This document shows positions 19,727 to 30,528 of a DNA stretch of 64,000 nt, piece by piece (the stretch's first letter is position 1; each line of letters opens with the position of its first letter). Location of the stretch: positions 320,001-384,000 of the forward strand of contig OZ253564.1 in assembly GCA_965262915.1 (NCBI GenBank), given 5' to 3'. The notes beneath the pieces were generated by a model. That model was not told the DNA's origin and ran no database searches. It saw nothing but the letters and a program-made list of their open reading frames with translations. The DNA is from Candidatus Spongiisociaceae bacterium (GTDB lineage: Bacteria > Actinomycetota > Acidimicrobiia > Spongiisociales > Spongiisociaceae). The translations under genes were made by a program, and so were the position numbers.

Positions 19727-20202
19727 CTAGACGACGCAGAAAGAGGCCACCACCCCGACGCCGCGCCGCCAGTACCCACAACGCCAAACCGGCGAAGTCG
19801 CCGGAGCTGTCGGCTCCTTACCATTCCCCGTGGGTACGCGCCCCCCAGATCGCCGAGCGGCGCCGCCAACAGCAGGCAGCCCTCGGGGACACAAACCGTG
19901 AACTACGAGCCGTCTGCACCGAACTCCACAACACAGGCGCCACACTGAGACAGATCGGGAACCTCATAGGGGTATCAGCCCAAGCCGTCCACTCCTACTG
20001 GCTAACCCCCACACCCACCGAACCCCACCAAACCCCGACGATCGACATCTGCTCATAGGACAGTGACGGATAAGCCCGCAGCTGCGTTCATCTGCGGTTG
20101 TCGGCGTATGACACCCGCAGGGGGCGACAACGTCATCCGCCGCCGCGAACAGACCCCACAACCCCCTCCACGGTCAGGGCACCGCCAGCGTCCGGGGGCA
20201 CC

Positions 20203-20679
20203 TCAGTCCCAGGGCAGCCACCAGTCGGGGGTTCCCTTATCAAGCGTCCGGGGGTGGAACCAGACCCGATGGTAGGCGCACACGGCCGGCGACCGCCCAC
20301 GTACCCACCGGGCGTAGCCCCCGTCGAAGTTCCACCCGAACAGCATCACGTCCGGGGGGGAGCGATAGCCGAGCACCCAGCCCCGGCAGGGGCACCCCGG
20401 CACGGTCTGCCAATGTGTGGACAGCCACGGCGATCGCCGGGGAGCAACAGCCAGTCGGGGCCCTCTGTAGATGGGGGCCTCGGTTATCAGGGCCGGCCGG
20501 TCATCCGCAACGTTCCAATCCCAGATGAACTGCGACAGCGGGAACCGGTACGGGCTGGTGTCGACACTGGCCGGGATCGACATGAGCGGCGGCAGGTCCG
20601 CCACGGTCAGAGGCACCCGCCGCCGAACGACCCTACCGGCGGGTGTAGGAGGCAACGATGATGCGGTCGGCTGGGTCAT
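20203..20679 (-). CDS. hypothetical protein (Trp/Cys-rich)
   Basis: 158 aa ORF with GAG RBS-like sequence; no recognised family. Confidence 0.45.
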   Translation of the reverse strand: MTQPTASSLPPTPAGRVVRRRVPLTVADLPPLMSIPASVDTSPYRFPLSQFIWDWNVADDRPALITEAPIYRGPRLAVAPRRSPWLSTHWQTVPGCPCRGWVLGYRSPPDVMLFGWNFDGGYARWVRGRSPAVCAYHRVWFHPRTLDKGTPDWWLPWD

Positions 20680-21146
20680 CGGTATCTCGTCAGGGTTACG
20701 CCGATGCTACCGACGTCACGCGTCGGCGACTCGGGGTCATCCCGGCTAGCCGGATCGGCCACGTCGATGGGTAGGGGAGCCGTTCCGGATCCGGGGAAGG
20801 GTATGGCCAATCGTTGCTTCTGTCGTCGGATCTGATGGCACCGACCTGCCAACGCGTCCGGGTAAGGTCTCGGGCTGTGCCCTGGCTGCCTCGGATGGGT
20901 GTGGCGACGCGCCGTCGCCACTCGCCGGCCCGCAACCAACCGATTCCACCAATAACACCCCCAGGGTTTCGGGCCCCGTTTGGGCCGTCCCCCTCACGAA
21001 ACGGCGAATTCCGGCCCTCCCCCAGACCCCCGAACACCCGAAGCGCCGCTCCCAAGCGTCTGGAGGCCTCTCACCAGTCTCTTGTACCAATCTGTGCACG
21101 GGGGTAACGTTGTATGTGACAGGACAAGGGGCGAAAGGAACAACGC

Positions 21147-21425
21147 GTGGACACCGCCAAGACCTTCCAAGCGAAGCGGGTACGCAGCCTCGGAGACCAG
21201 GCTGTCACCTTCCGGTCGCCCGACCACCGCCACGGCGATCTGGTGACCCTCAATGTTCACGACCGCGGCCACTACGACCACACCGCCACCTACCGAGTGA
21301 GCCACCGGCCCAGCACCGCCGACGAGCGGCTCGTGTGGCCACCCGAGGTGCTCGCCTTCCCAGCCCGCGACCCGGAACCCGCTACGGTCTGTCCAACCCG
21401 TCGGAGAACCGCCAAAACCGGGTAA
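21147..21425 (+). CDS. hypothetical protein
   Basis: GTG preceded by AAAGGA; 92 aa. Confidence 0.45.
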   Translation: MDTAKTFQAKRVRSLGDQAVTFRSPDHRHGDLVTLNVHDRGHYDHTATYRVSHRPSTADERLVWPPEVLAFPARDPEPATVCPTRRRTAKTG

Positions 21426-21726
21426 TCCCCAAAGCAACCGTCAAGTCCCGCTGCCGGTACCCACCCGGGCTCCGCCAGCGGATCTGTTGGCGATCACCGA
21501 AATTCACTCATACTGAAGGTGCCCTGTTCTTAGGGGGGCTGCTGCGATGATACGAGGTGGTCCCCTGTGACCGGGGGGCGGGTCTGACCCAAGTGAAATC
21601 CGGCGCGTGTGTTGCCTTGCTGGGGATCTGTCGGCCTGTCCCCCGGTCAGGGGGCGGGGTTTGCGGTTCGAGGCGGATGTGACCTGATAGACACACTCAA
21701 ACTGATAACCCACAAGCCCAAATAGC

Positions 21727-21757
21727 CTGTGACCTGGGAGTATATCCCAGGTCACAG
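21727..21757. promoter_or_regulatory. perfect 13-bp inverted repeat CTGTGACCTGGGA-gtata-TCCCAGGTCACAG
   Basis: Seen directly; arms contain the TGACCTGG motif also present in the repeat modules. Confidence 0.55.
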
Positions 21758-21761
21758 TGGA

Positions 21762-21880
21762 GGAGCGGGCACCGAGACCTGCGAGGTAGCCGACGGGCTG
21801 TTGTTGGACGTGTACGACGACGGCTAGGTGGTCGGCCTCGACGTTGACCATGCTTCGGAACTGCTCGCCCCCCCGGATCG
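21762..21880 (+). pseudogene. DUF2283-like fragment
   Basis: TETCEVADGLLLDVYDDG*VVGLDVDHAS resembles the DUF2283 core; in-frame TAG, no start. Confidence 0.55.
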
Positions 21881-22177
21881 AATAGTCGGACCTAGACGCC
21901 GCTGGCCGGGCCTGCGGATCCGCTGAGGCGAAGAACTCAAGTCAACGACGCCGTCGAGGATTTACCAGCCGGGCCAACGAGGGCGGCTGCGGAGAATCAG
22001 CTGACTGCCGCTTGCGGTTGTTAGTGGCCCGATGTCTGTTCTTCGTGACCTGCTATGCGAGCTAATGCGATGTATCGTACCTATCGCTGGAGTGCCGTCC
22101 ACAAGGCGATACTTCCCGGGCGCTCCAGGTCGGTAGACGTTGTGGGTAGCCTGTCTGAGGCTGGAGGGGAGAGACGC

Positions 22178-25018
22178 TTGCGTGCTACTGCCCAGCAAGT
22201 AACGGGGACGGAGGGCGAGCTTCGGGTGGCGGCCGACTTCGCCGCGATTGGTTGGCTTCCGGTTCTCAATGCGTCTCAGGAAATGGGTACCGATCTTCTG
22301 GTCGCGGTGCGGGATCATCGGCTTTTTGATCGTGTTCTGGTCGTTGGTGTGCAGGTGAAGGCGGGTCCGAGCGCTTTCGACCGGCCCGAGACCGGTGAGA
22401 GCGGTGAGGTGTCCGGTTGGTGGTGCCGCGAAGACGATACGCGCCACTTCGATGACTGGGTGACGCATGGCCTACCTCATCTGGTTGTTCTGCACGACTG
22501 TGCAACACGGGTGTCTTATTGGGCGCACGTCACTGCCAATGAGGTGGTGTCGACGGGGAGGGGCTGCAAGATCCTCGTACCTTCGGACCAGACGATCGAT
22601 GCGGAACACGCTGACGCGCTTGTGGCTGTCGCGTCCACACTGAAGGCGGCACCTGAGATTGAGCACACCGCCTATTACGCAGGGGCCGGGAATGTCCCAC
22701 CAGGACGGAGGCTTCGCTACGCGCTTGTAGCCCCAAGATTGGTAGCGCGACATCCCGACGCCGGACACTCCCAACCGATTGATGCGGTAGAGGCGGTAGC
22801 TCTTCTGGCGCAGGGTCGCTTCCGCGCCCTCAAGGACTTCGCCGAAAAGCACGGGGGTGTACCCGACCGTTCCGGCCATCATCGTGACTGGCGTTGGCGG
22901 TTTGTTGCAGCGATATGGGATTGGGCGATGACAGACAGCTCCGAACGTCTACGCGAGGTGTTCGACTGTGCTCCCGATGAAACCGCAAGAGCAGCGAGCG
23001 GCGTGCTTCTGGCGTGCGCTCTCCAGCGGGTCGAACAGCACGGTCCGGCCCTCGGTCTCCTAGATAGTCTGGTGACAACCGACGATCTCAGGCCTGCGGA
23101 CCACGGATGGGTTCTTGTTCAGCGCGCACGCACACGACTCGAGATCGGTGACACCGCTGGTGCAGGTTCCGACGCAACCGAAGCACGGAGAAGCTTTGTT
23201 GCCGACCCTGACGACATCACGGTGTCCGCGCTTGCTGCTTCCGCAGCATGGCAACTATTCACCACCGCCTGGCTTGAAGGACACGAACCCCCTGCTGCCA
23301 CAACCGACGATGACGATGCAGAGACGGAAGAACCGTTCGCTCAGTTAGTGACAGCCTCCGATACTGCTGTCTCTTGGTGGCGGTCCCAGGCCCTCGCTCG
23401 CGCCTTGGCTAAAGCGGAGAACGAACGGTTCCGATCATGGGCCGACGACCAACAAGAAGTGCTCGGTAGTCGTGCAGCACATACCCAGCACCATGACCTA
23501 TTCGGTGCCGAACTCAACGCTGACATCACAGGGGACCACGGCATGTGGCGATCGATCTCAGCGCTCGCGGCGCAACAGCGGCTCATGTCACCAACCGACT
23601 TTGGCGACGAGGTCGCTGCACTAGCTGAAGGGCTCGATGGTTTACGTCGATGCGGGAGCCGCGAGTCACTGAAGTTGGCGATGCGTCATCTCCGGTGCGT
23701 AGGGCCTCTCGACGCTGTTAAGCGAGTTGTGAACAAGATCCCCGTCAATGGATGGACCCACACCACCGCCGGCCGTAACCTCGACGCGTTGGCGCTAGCG
23801 GGTGATCTGGTCGAAGAGCACACCGCTGCACAGCATCTCTGTCGGCTCACCCGGCTTGTGGGGGGAGAAACAGAAGACTTCATAGCAAGGGTACGGCCAA
23901 ACTTCGTCGTTCCTCACTTTGCTGCCAATGCCCTGGTCGGACTTCTGCCTTCGGTTGAAGGGATCGGGCATAGCCGAGTGGCCCGTCTTGTCGCCTCGTT
24001 GCCGATCCCTACGCCTGCGTTTCTACTATCCCGAACCGCGACCAGAATCGTTCAACAGTTGGACTTCGACCAGGTGACCGCTGCTGACCGCGAAGCTTTG
24101 TGGCTGCGGGGGCAGCGAGATCCTGGACATCTGGGGTCTGATGTGATCGGGTGGCTAGCAGCCAACGGACATCCCGACGCCCGCCGCAAACTGATTGACC
24201 GTGCCGCAGGAGGCGATCCGTATGCCCTAGCAGCCCTCCGAGACGTGCACTCACTCGAAAGCACCGATGCGGCCTCGATCATCGAAGCGTGTGGAAACCT
24301 GGTTCAGGACACTCTTAGAGACGCACGAAGCGGTTCTCACCCCACTGGACCAGACCATTGCTCCGCGCTCGCACGTTTCAACCTGTGGTTCCCCGATCAG
24401 GCACGCTGGGATGAGGTCATCAGCCTTCTGCTAGAACCCCGAGTGGCACCATTTCGGAAGCTGCCGACAGCGTGGGTTGTCGCGGAGGAGGCCGCTGAGC
24501 TACCGCCGGAGGTACGAACCGCTGTATCACAGAACATAGACGCGGTAACAACGGCCGGAACAAGGCTCGGTAACGCGTCGGGCATGGAAGGTGTCGGTGT
24601 CGTTCTAACCATCGCCCTCGGCATAACTGAGGGGAGCGATGCCGACACTGCAGCCGCTCTACTCGCAGCCGGAACGCCGCAACAACGCGAACACGCCGCA
24701 ATGTTGCTGGGCTCAGGCTACTGCCCAGCAAGCCGCCCGATCCTCGCCGCGCTCGTTCGCGACCGACACTCCGATGTGCGATACAGAGCAGCTGAGGCAG
24801 TCGGCAGACTCGCAGTCGCGACCCAAGACAAGCTATACCACACACTGGCATCGGACATGGCCCACAGCGATGGCACCCTCCTGCCGGTGGCACTCCTTAA
24901 CGGTATTTCCGCAGAGGTCTCGACCATTCCGTCCAGCATTGAGAGGATCGCGACGTTTCTCCTGCAACACCCCTCCGCTCGAATACGGAACTACGCGCGT
25001 CACCTTCTGTCCACCTAA
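22178..25018 (+). CDS. DUF4365 (PD-(D/E)XK-like) domain plus TPR/HEAT-repeat protein
   Basis: GTDLLV...GVQVKAG...WVTHGLPHLVVLHD...SYWAHV; helical repeats and HEAT-like DRHSDVRYRAAEAVG; TTG start after GGAGGGGAG. Confidence 0.8.
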   Translation: MRATAQQVTGTEGELRVAADFAAIGWLPVLNASQEMGTDLLVAVRDHRLFDRVLVVGVQVKAGPSAFDRPETGESGEVSGWWCREDDTRHFDDWVTHGLPHLVVLHDCATRVSYWAHVTANEVVSTGRGCKILVPSDQTIDAEHADALVAVASTLKAAPEIEHTAYYAGAGNVPPGRRLRYALVAPRLVARHPDAGHSQPIDAVEAVALLAQGRFRALKDFAEKHGGVPDRSGHHRDWRWRFVAAIWDWAMTDSSERLREVFDCAPDETARAASGVLLACALQRVEQHGPALGLLDSLVTTDDLRPADHGWVLVQRARTRLEIGDTAGAGSDATEARRSFVADPDDITVSALAASAAWQLFTTAWLEGHEPPAATTDDDDAETEEPFAQLVTASDTAVSWWRSQALARALAKAENERFRSWADDQQEVLGSRAAHTQHHDLFGAELNADITGDHGMWRSISALAAQQRLMSPTDFGDEVAALAEGLDGLRRCGSRESLKLAMRHLRCVGPLDAVKRVVNKIPVNGWTHTTAGRNLDALALAGDLVEEHTAAQHLCRLTRLVGGETEDFIARVRPNFVVPHFAANALVGLLPSVEGIGHSRVARLVASLPIPTPAFLLSRTATRIVQQLDFDQVTAADREALWLRGQRDPGHLGSDVIGWLAANGHPDARRKLIDRAAGGDPYALAALRDVHSLESTDAASIIEACGNLVQDTLRDARSGSHPTGPDHCSALARFNLWFPDQARWDEVISLLLEPRVAPFRKLPTAWVVAEEAAELPPEVRTAVSQNIDAVTTAGTRLGNASGMEGVGVVLTIALGITEGSDADTAAALLAAGTPQQREHAAMLLGSGYCPASRPILAALVRDRHSDVRYRAAEAVGRLAVATQDKLYHTLASDMAHSDGTLLPVALLNGISAEVSTIPSSIERIATFLLQHPSARIRNYARHLLST

Positions 25019-25070
25019 CGACGGACACCACGATCAAGCGATTTCTCGATCGCCTCATCCCTGCTAAACA

Positions 25071-26506
25071 GGCTCTTCGGAAATGAGTGGGGAGTCGGGG
25101 ATCTGCCAGGGGGAGTGGTAATCCACCAGAAGTGATGGGGGGTCCTCCATAATCGGACTTCAGCAATGACATCCGAGGCAGGAGGACCCCTGTGGAAGCT
25201 GATCCCTGCGCGCATGTGCGAGAAGTTGGTAGGCCTAGGCGACGTTGACCTGGTAGGGATCAACGACCCGGGCGAGGGTGCACCGTTGGAGGTGGTGATC
25301 GGGTCCCGCAAGCCCCGCCCGTTGTGTGTGGCATGTGGCGGCCCGGTGTGGTCCAAGGGTCACAGAACGGTTGTGTTGGTGGATCTACCGGCGTTCGGCC
25401 GGGCCTGTGCGGCTGCGGTGGCGGAAACGCCGCTGGACGTGCCCGAACCCCGACTGTGAGATCAGATCGTTCATCGAACAAGACCCCCACGATTGGTCCC
25501 CAACGGGCGTTGTTGACATCGAGAGCGGCCCGGTGGGTGACCATCCAGGTGGGTCGGCGGGGCCGTTCGGTCGACGAGGTCGCCGCAGAGCTAGGTTGTG
25601 ATTGGCATACGGTGAACAACGAGGTCGTCCGCTGGGGCGAAGCCCTCCTGGGGGCCGACACCGATCGGATAGGCGAGGTCGGAGCTGTGGGCATCGACGA
25701 GACGTTGTTCTGGCGGAAAGGCCGGTGGCGAACCAAGCAGTGGTGCACCTCTGTCGTCGACGTGGGAGGCCGCCAGCTGATCGACATAGTCCCTGGTAGA
25801 ACAGCAGAAAGCGCAGCTTCGTGGTTCCGATCCCAGCCCCCCGAGTGGCTCGACGGGATCCGCTGGGCGGTGCTGGACATGTCAGGTCCTTACCGGAAGG
25901 CGTATAACCGGGTGCTCCCGAACGCTCTCCAAGTAGCAGACCCCTTCCACGTCATCCGCCTCGCCAACCAGCGACTCGACGAAGTACGACGAAGAGTCCA
26001 AAACGAAACCCTGGGACACAGAGGCCGCAAGGATGACCCGCTGTATCGGATACGGCGGCTCCTAACCGCTGCGCATGAGAGGATCAGCGACCGGGGCCAG
26101 GTCCGCTTGCGTGGTCTCCTCGATGCCGGTGACCCCCACGGCGAGGTACGCACAGCCTGGCACGCAAAGGAAACGGTACGAGGCATCTACGGGATCGACA
26201 CTCCGGTCCTTGCTCTCCGATACACCCTCCAGCTCGCAGACGACCTCCAACACGAATCCTGCCCACCCGAGATCAACAAGCTAGGTCGCACCATCGCCCG
26301 CTGGACCCCCCAGATCACCAACTGGCACATCTCGAAGGTAACCAACGGACCCACCGAAGCCCTCAACAACCTCATCAAACGCATCAAACGAGCAGCGTTC
26401 GGGTTACCCAACTTCGCGAACTACCGAATCCGCGCCCTTCTCTACGCCGGGAAACCCAACTGGGACCTATTGGCCACCGTCACTCCCCACTGAAATCCGA
26501 AGAGCT
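25071..26506 (+). mobile_element. ISL3-family insertion sequence
   Basis: Ends GGCTCTTCGG...CCGAAGAGCT; 8-bp duplication GCTAAACA at 25063 and 26507. Confidence 0.92.
25166..26493 (+). pseudogene. ISL3 transposase, frameshifted
   Basis: CVACG Zn finger, GIDE, LDMSGPY, ADPFHV, TNGPTEALNNLIKRIKR; frame changes near 25403 and 25487. Confidence 0.88.
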
Positions 26507-27219
26507 GCTAAACACCGTAAACCCATGTCAACAAGAGCTATCCTCACTTAGGACGACCAGATTAACTCCCGAGCCTCTCCACCGCCCAGCCCAGCACCCA
26601 CACTCTTCGGTGATTGACGATCGTCAACCTCATCGACCTCGACAATGGAGAGGACCGGCACGGCTCCCCCCGCGACTGATGGTCCCCGAGCCTCGCGGTT
26701 TCAGGTCAGGTGGATCAATGGAGTGACCAACGGTGTCGTAGAAGATTGTCGCTCATCCGATCAGCCCGCCCAGCGGCTCGAAAGTAGCGGTTCGCAAGCC
26801 AACCGTCCTTACAATCCCCCATTGCCCTGGTGGGTGCGCGTGTCGGACTCGAACACGCTCCGCTAACGAACTACATGACTCAGATCAACTGAAACAGGGT
26901 TCTACATGGGGAAACAGTGCCCACGTTCACTGATGGTCGCCGATGACACAAGACCTGCCCCCTTTACCCCGACAGCATCGACCACCCCTCAAACCGCAGT
27001 CCCGGGACGAGTCTCTACCCGGCCCTTGGGATTGAACCAGCCAACGAGGAAGGGCCATCGGATACGGCACCCTCCACCAGCGCCATGCGACCTGAACACA
27101 GTGTGTTAGAGCCCCGCTGGACAACGCCGACCTCAACCCGGACCGGGGCCGGAGCCGCCGGCATTCCACTCGGATCAGTAATCCCACGTGGGTATAGCCG
27201 GCTGGCTAGTCCTATCAGG

Positions 27220-28410
27220 TCAGTTTGGTAGTCGCGCAGAAGCAGGAGCCTGGTTGTGTAGGTAGTCGGCCCAGTCTTGCATGAGTTGGCGGCGTCGGTC
27301 GAAGAGGTCGCTTCGTTGGTAGGCGGCTTCGACTCGGTCGTTGTTGACGTGGGCGAGTGCGAGTTCGCAGATTTGTCGGGGTGTGTCGGTTAGCTCGGCT
27401 GCCCAGTCCCTGAAGCTGGATCGGTATCCGTGGGGTACGGCGGGGATGTTGTGTTCTCGCATTAGTTTGGACAGTGTCGCGTCGGATAGTTCCCGTCCGG
27501 TGGCTGATGGGAACACCAGGCCGCTGCGGTCCCGAAACCGCTGCGCTTCTGTCAACAGTTCGACAGCGCGGGTGGGGAGGGGTACACGGTGTTGGCGGGC
27601 GGTTTTCATCCGGGTGGCGGGGATCGTCCAGGTGGCTTCGGCGAGGTTGATCTCGTCCCATCGGGCGCCTCTTATCTCACCGGAGCGGCAAGCTGTGAGT
27701 ATCAGGAACTCGAACGCCAAGATGGTGGTCGGATAGGCGGCGGAGGCTCGGATGGTGGCGAGGCTGGCCGCCACGTCGGTGTGGGGCAGCGCCGGGTGGT
27801 GTCGGCGTCTTCCCATGTTGGTGGGAAGCGCGGCGGTGATGGCGTCCCCGGCTGGGTTGTCCGTCCGGTAGCCCTGGGCGATGGCCCAGCGCATGACCGC
27901 GCCGATGCGCTGTCTTACCCGCCTTGCGGTCTCGGGGCGGGTGTGCCAGATCGGAAGGAGGCAGGCCATCACATCCGCGGTGGTGATCCGATCCACTGGT
28001 CGGCGTCCCAGACGCGGGTAGGCGTAGGTGGTGAGCGACGATCGCCACTGCTTCTCTGATTTGCCGCCTGGTTTCCACCCGGCGGCGTGTATAGCGATGA
28101 CCTTTTCGGTGGCTTGGGAGAAGCTGGGTACGCGGCTGCCTCGGGGGTCGAGGCCCGCTTCGATCGTTCGCCGGTTGGCGACGGCTTTTTTTCGGGCTTC
28201 GGCCAAAGTGACGATCGGATACGGGCCTAGGCCGATGTTGGTGACCCGTCCATGGAATCTGACCCGTTGGCTCCACGTTTTGGATAGCCGCCTGTTCGCG
28301 GTTGGTTTGACCAGGAGGCTGAGGCCGTAGCCGCCGCGTCCGTCGCCGTAGCGGCCCGGTTGGGTGACGGTGCGCACGAACGCGGCTGATAGGATTCGTG
28401 GACGTTTCAC
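27220..28410 (-). CDS. P4-like tyrosine integrase with arm-binding domain
   Basis: PGRYGDG..GLSLLV, IGLGPYP..TLAEAR; catalytic R (CRSGE), K (MKT), HGYR, LAH, Y (AAYQRS); GTG after GGAGGAG. Confidence 0.96.
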   Translation of the reverse strand: MKRPRILSAAFVRTVTQPGRYGDGRGGYGLSLLVKPTANRRLSKTWSQRVRFHGRVTNIGLGPYPIVTLAEARKKAVANRRTIEAGLDPRGSRVPSFSQATEKVIAIHAAGWKPGGKSEKQWRSSLTTYAYPRLGRRPVDRITTADVMACLLPIWHTRPETARRVRQRIGAVMRWAIAQGYRTDNPAGDAITAALPTNMGRRRHHPALPHTDVAASLATIRASAAYPTTILAFEFLILTACRSGEIRGARWDEINLAEATWTIPATRMKTARQHRVPLPTRAVELLTEAQRFRDRSGLVFPSATGRELSDATLSKLMREHNIPAVPHGYRSSFRDWAAELTDTPRQICELALAHVNNDRVEAAYQRSDLFDRRRQLMQDWADYLHNQAPASARLPN

Positions 28411-28431
28411 CTGCCTCTCCTCCCCGTTTCG

Positions 28432-28586
28432 GTTATCACCTATAGTTATCACTTTATCGGTGGGATTAGACGGTACCGTCTGAGACGGCAAGAAGCAAGA
28501 AATACCTGATAAACAGGGTGTTCAGAATGACAGTGGGGCGTTGGGAAACCATGTGAGACCATCAAACGGCGGTCACTCCCTCCGCC
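28432..28586 (+). other. probable att site: arm-type repeats GTTATCAC x2 and tRNA-Ser-like 3' fragment CACTCCCTCCGCC
   Basis: GTTATCAC at 28432 and 28445; 28574-28586 fits a tRNA T-stem/acceptor 3' strand with a G73 discriminator; housekeeping genes begin just after. Confidence 0.6.
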
Positions 28587-28622
28587 GGCTGCCGAGGCCC
28601 ACCCGAGGGGACAGTGCCCGCC

Positions 28623-29306
28623 TCAGGTCTTGGTCAGGATAGCGCCGTAGACAAAGCCCAGTGGTCCCATCCGCCATAGCGCGTCGGTGCGGAACGGCGT
28701 GCGGGCGTAGAGCTGTTCGGGGGGAGGCAGCTTGTCCAGGGACCGGTACAGGTATCGGTACTCGGCCGCCGCGCCGACCAGCGACCCGGCCGCGGGAACC
28801 ACCACCGCCGAGCCCGTGCGGTGGATCGCCGCTGCGACCTTCCCCCTGGGGCGGGCCAGATCGACGATGCCAAGCGATCCACCCCTGCGGAGGACCCGGC
28901 CCACCTCGGTCAACGTGGCGGTCACCGAGTCGAGGTTCCGGAACACGAAAGCCGAGAAGACCGCGTCGAAGCTACGGTCCGCGAACGGCAGCGCCTCGCC
29001 CATCCCGACCACCCTGGCTGTCACGGGACTGAGTGCCAGCATCTCCGGTACCGGATCCAGGGCGATCACCTCGCGATCCCCGAACAACGGTGCGGCCGCG
29101 CCCGTACCGGAGCCGAGGTCGAGGAGCCGGCCCGGAGGAAGGCGGTCCACTACGGAACGGCGCCAGGCCTGGTCCCGTCCGAGGGCCAGCACGCGGTTGA
29201 TGAAGTCGTACCTGCGGGCGATCCTGGCAAAGATCGCGTCGGAGGTGCGGGTGGTCAGCTGCCCCCTGATGCCGTCATCCGACCCGGTCGAATCCGACGT
29301 GAGCAC
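28623..29306 (-). CDS. UbiE/MenG-family methyltransferase
   Basis: IFARIARRYDFINRVL, LLDLGSGTG, EALPFADRSFD, FVFRN, RVLRRGG. Confidence 0.88.
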   Translation of the reverse strand: MLTSDSTGSDDGIRGQLTTRTSDAIFARIARRYDFINRVLALGRDQAWRRSVVDRLPPGRLLDLGSGTGAAAPLFGDREVIALDPVPEMLALSPVTARVVGMGEALPFADRSFDAVFSAFVFRNLDSVTATLTEVGRVLRRGGSLGIVDLARPRGKVAAAIHRTGSAVVVPAAGSLVGAAAEYRYLYRSLDKLPPPEQLYARTPFRTDALWRMGPLGFVYGAILTKT

Positions 29307-30528
29307 GCAGAGCCTCGGGTACGACGAAGGATCCGTCGGCCTGTTGATGGTTCTCCAGCAGGGCGATGAGCAGGCGGCCCACCGCCACCGCCGTCCCGTT
29401 GAGGGTATGGACGAGCCGGTTCCCGCCCTCCGACCGGAAACGGATCCTCAGGCGCCTGCTCTGGAAGTCGGTGGTGTTCGAGCACGAGGTGATCTCCCGG
29501 TAGCGACCCTGCGACGGGATCCATGCCTCGATGTCATACTTCTTGGCGGCGGAGGAACCCAGGTCGCCCGCCGCTACGTTGACGACCCGGTACGGGATCT
29601 CGAGGCGCTGGACGATCTCCTCCTCGAGGGACAGCAGGAAGTCGTGCTCGTCCCACGACCGCTCCGGATGGCAGAACGAGAACATCTCGACCTTGTCGAA
29701 CTGGTGAACCCTGAATATCCCGGCGGTGTCCTTGCCGTGGGCGCCCGCCTCCCGCCGGAAGCAGGAGGAGAACCCCGCGTAGCGGAGCGGCAGATCGTCC
29801 TCTTGGAGTATCTCGTCGGCGTGGTAGGCGGCCAGAGCAACCTCGGAGGTTCCGATCAGGTAGAGGTCGTCGCGGTCTATCTTGTATACCTGCTGATCGT
29901 CGTCAGGAAAGAAACCGGTCCCGAACAGCGCGTGCTCGCGGACCAGGACCGGAGGAACGACCGGCGTGAAGCCCTCTCCTCCCAGGAAGTCGAGCGCCAT
30001 GCGCACCAGGCCGAACTCGATGATCACCGCCGGCCCGGTCAGGTATCCGAAGCGGCTTCCGGATACCTTGGCGGCCCGCTCGATGTCGATCATCCCGAGG
30101 GCGGCGCCCAGTTCCCGATGATCCTTGAGCGGATAGTCAGTTTCCGGAACCTCGCCCCAGCGCTTCAACTCGAGGCTGTCCTCGTCGGTGAACCCGTACG
30201 CTGCCGACGGATCGGCCAGGTTCGGAACCTTGATCCAGAGTTCTTCAAAATCCTTATCCCGTTCGTCGGCCTCGGCCAGCGCGGAGCGGTACTGTCTCGC
30301 CAGCGTCCCCGCCCGGGCGATCGCCGCCTGCCGAGGTTCACCCTCCAGCCGGGAGATCCGGCGGCTTACCCCATTCTGCTCGGCGCGCGTCCTCTCGGCC
30401 TGCGCCCGAAGGTTCCGGCGTGCCTGGTCGATCTGCGCCATCGTGTCTACATCGAGTTCCAGACCCCGCCGGGCCAGGGCGGCCTTGAGAACCTCCGGCT
30501 GCCGCCTGAGAATCGAGATATCGATCAT
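29275..30528 (-). CDS. serS: serine--tRNA ligase
   Basis: AKVSGSRF, LIGTSEV, CFRREAG..GKDTAGIFRVHQFDKVE, EITSCSN, HTLNGT. Confidence 0.98.
   Translation of the reverse strand: MIDISILRRQPEVLKAALARRGLELDVDTMAQIDQARRNLRAQAERTRAEQNGVSRRISRLEGEPRQAAIARAGTLARQYRSALAEADERDKDFEELWIKVPNLADPSAAYGFTDEDSLELKRWGEVPETDYPLKDHRELGAALGMIDIERAAKVSGSRFGYLTGPAVIIEFGLVRMALDFLGGEGFTPVVPPVLVREHALFGTGFFPDDDQQVYKIDRDDLYLIGTSEVALAAYHADEILQEDDLPLRYAGFSSCFRREAGAHGKDTAGIFRVHQFDKVEMFSFCHPERSWDEHDFLLSLEEEIVQRLEIPYRVVNVAAGDLGSSAAKKYDIEAWIPSQGRYREITSCSNTTDFQSRRLRIRFRSEGGNRLVHTLNGTAVAVGRLLIALLENHQQADGSFVVPEALRAHVGFDRVG

Larger units (their letters stand above)
17975..20058 (+). pseudogene. HTH protein (~111 aa) interrupted at codons 2-3 by an IS1182-like element
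   Basis: Removing the IS and one CTAG restores MARRRRKRPPP...GATLRQIGNLIGVSAQAVHSYW...* in frame. Confidence 0.7.
1..28586. mobile_element. integrative element/genomic island (left end outside window)
   Basis: Integrase with att, AlpA, ParB, primase-like gene, defence-like cargo, multiple IS. Confidence 0.8.

Noticed and set aside
26614-26627. Palindrome TTGACGATCGTCAA resembling the IS21 end
   Set aside because: Lacks the terminal TGT and the TGAAA repeat; the short match may be chance
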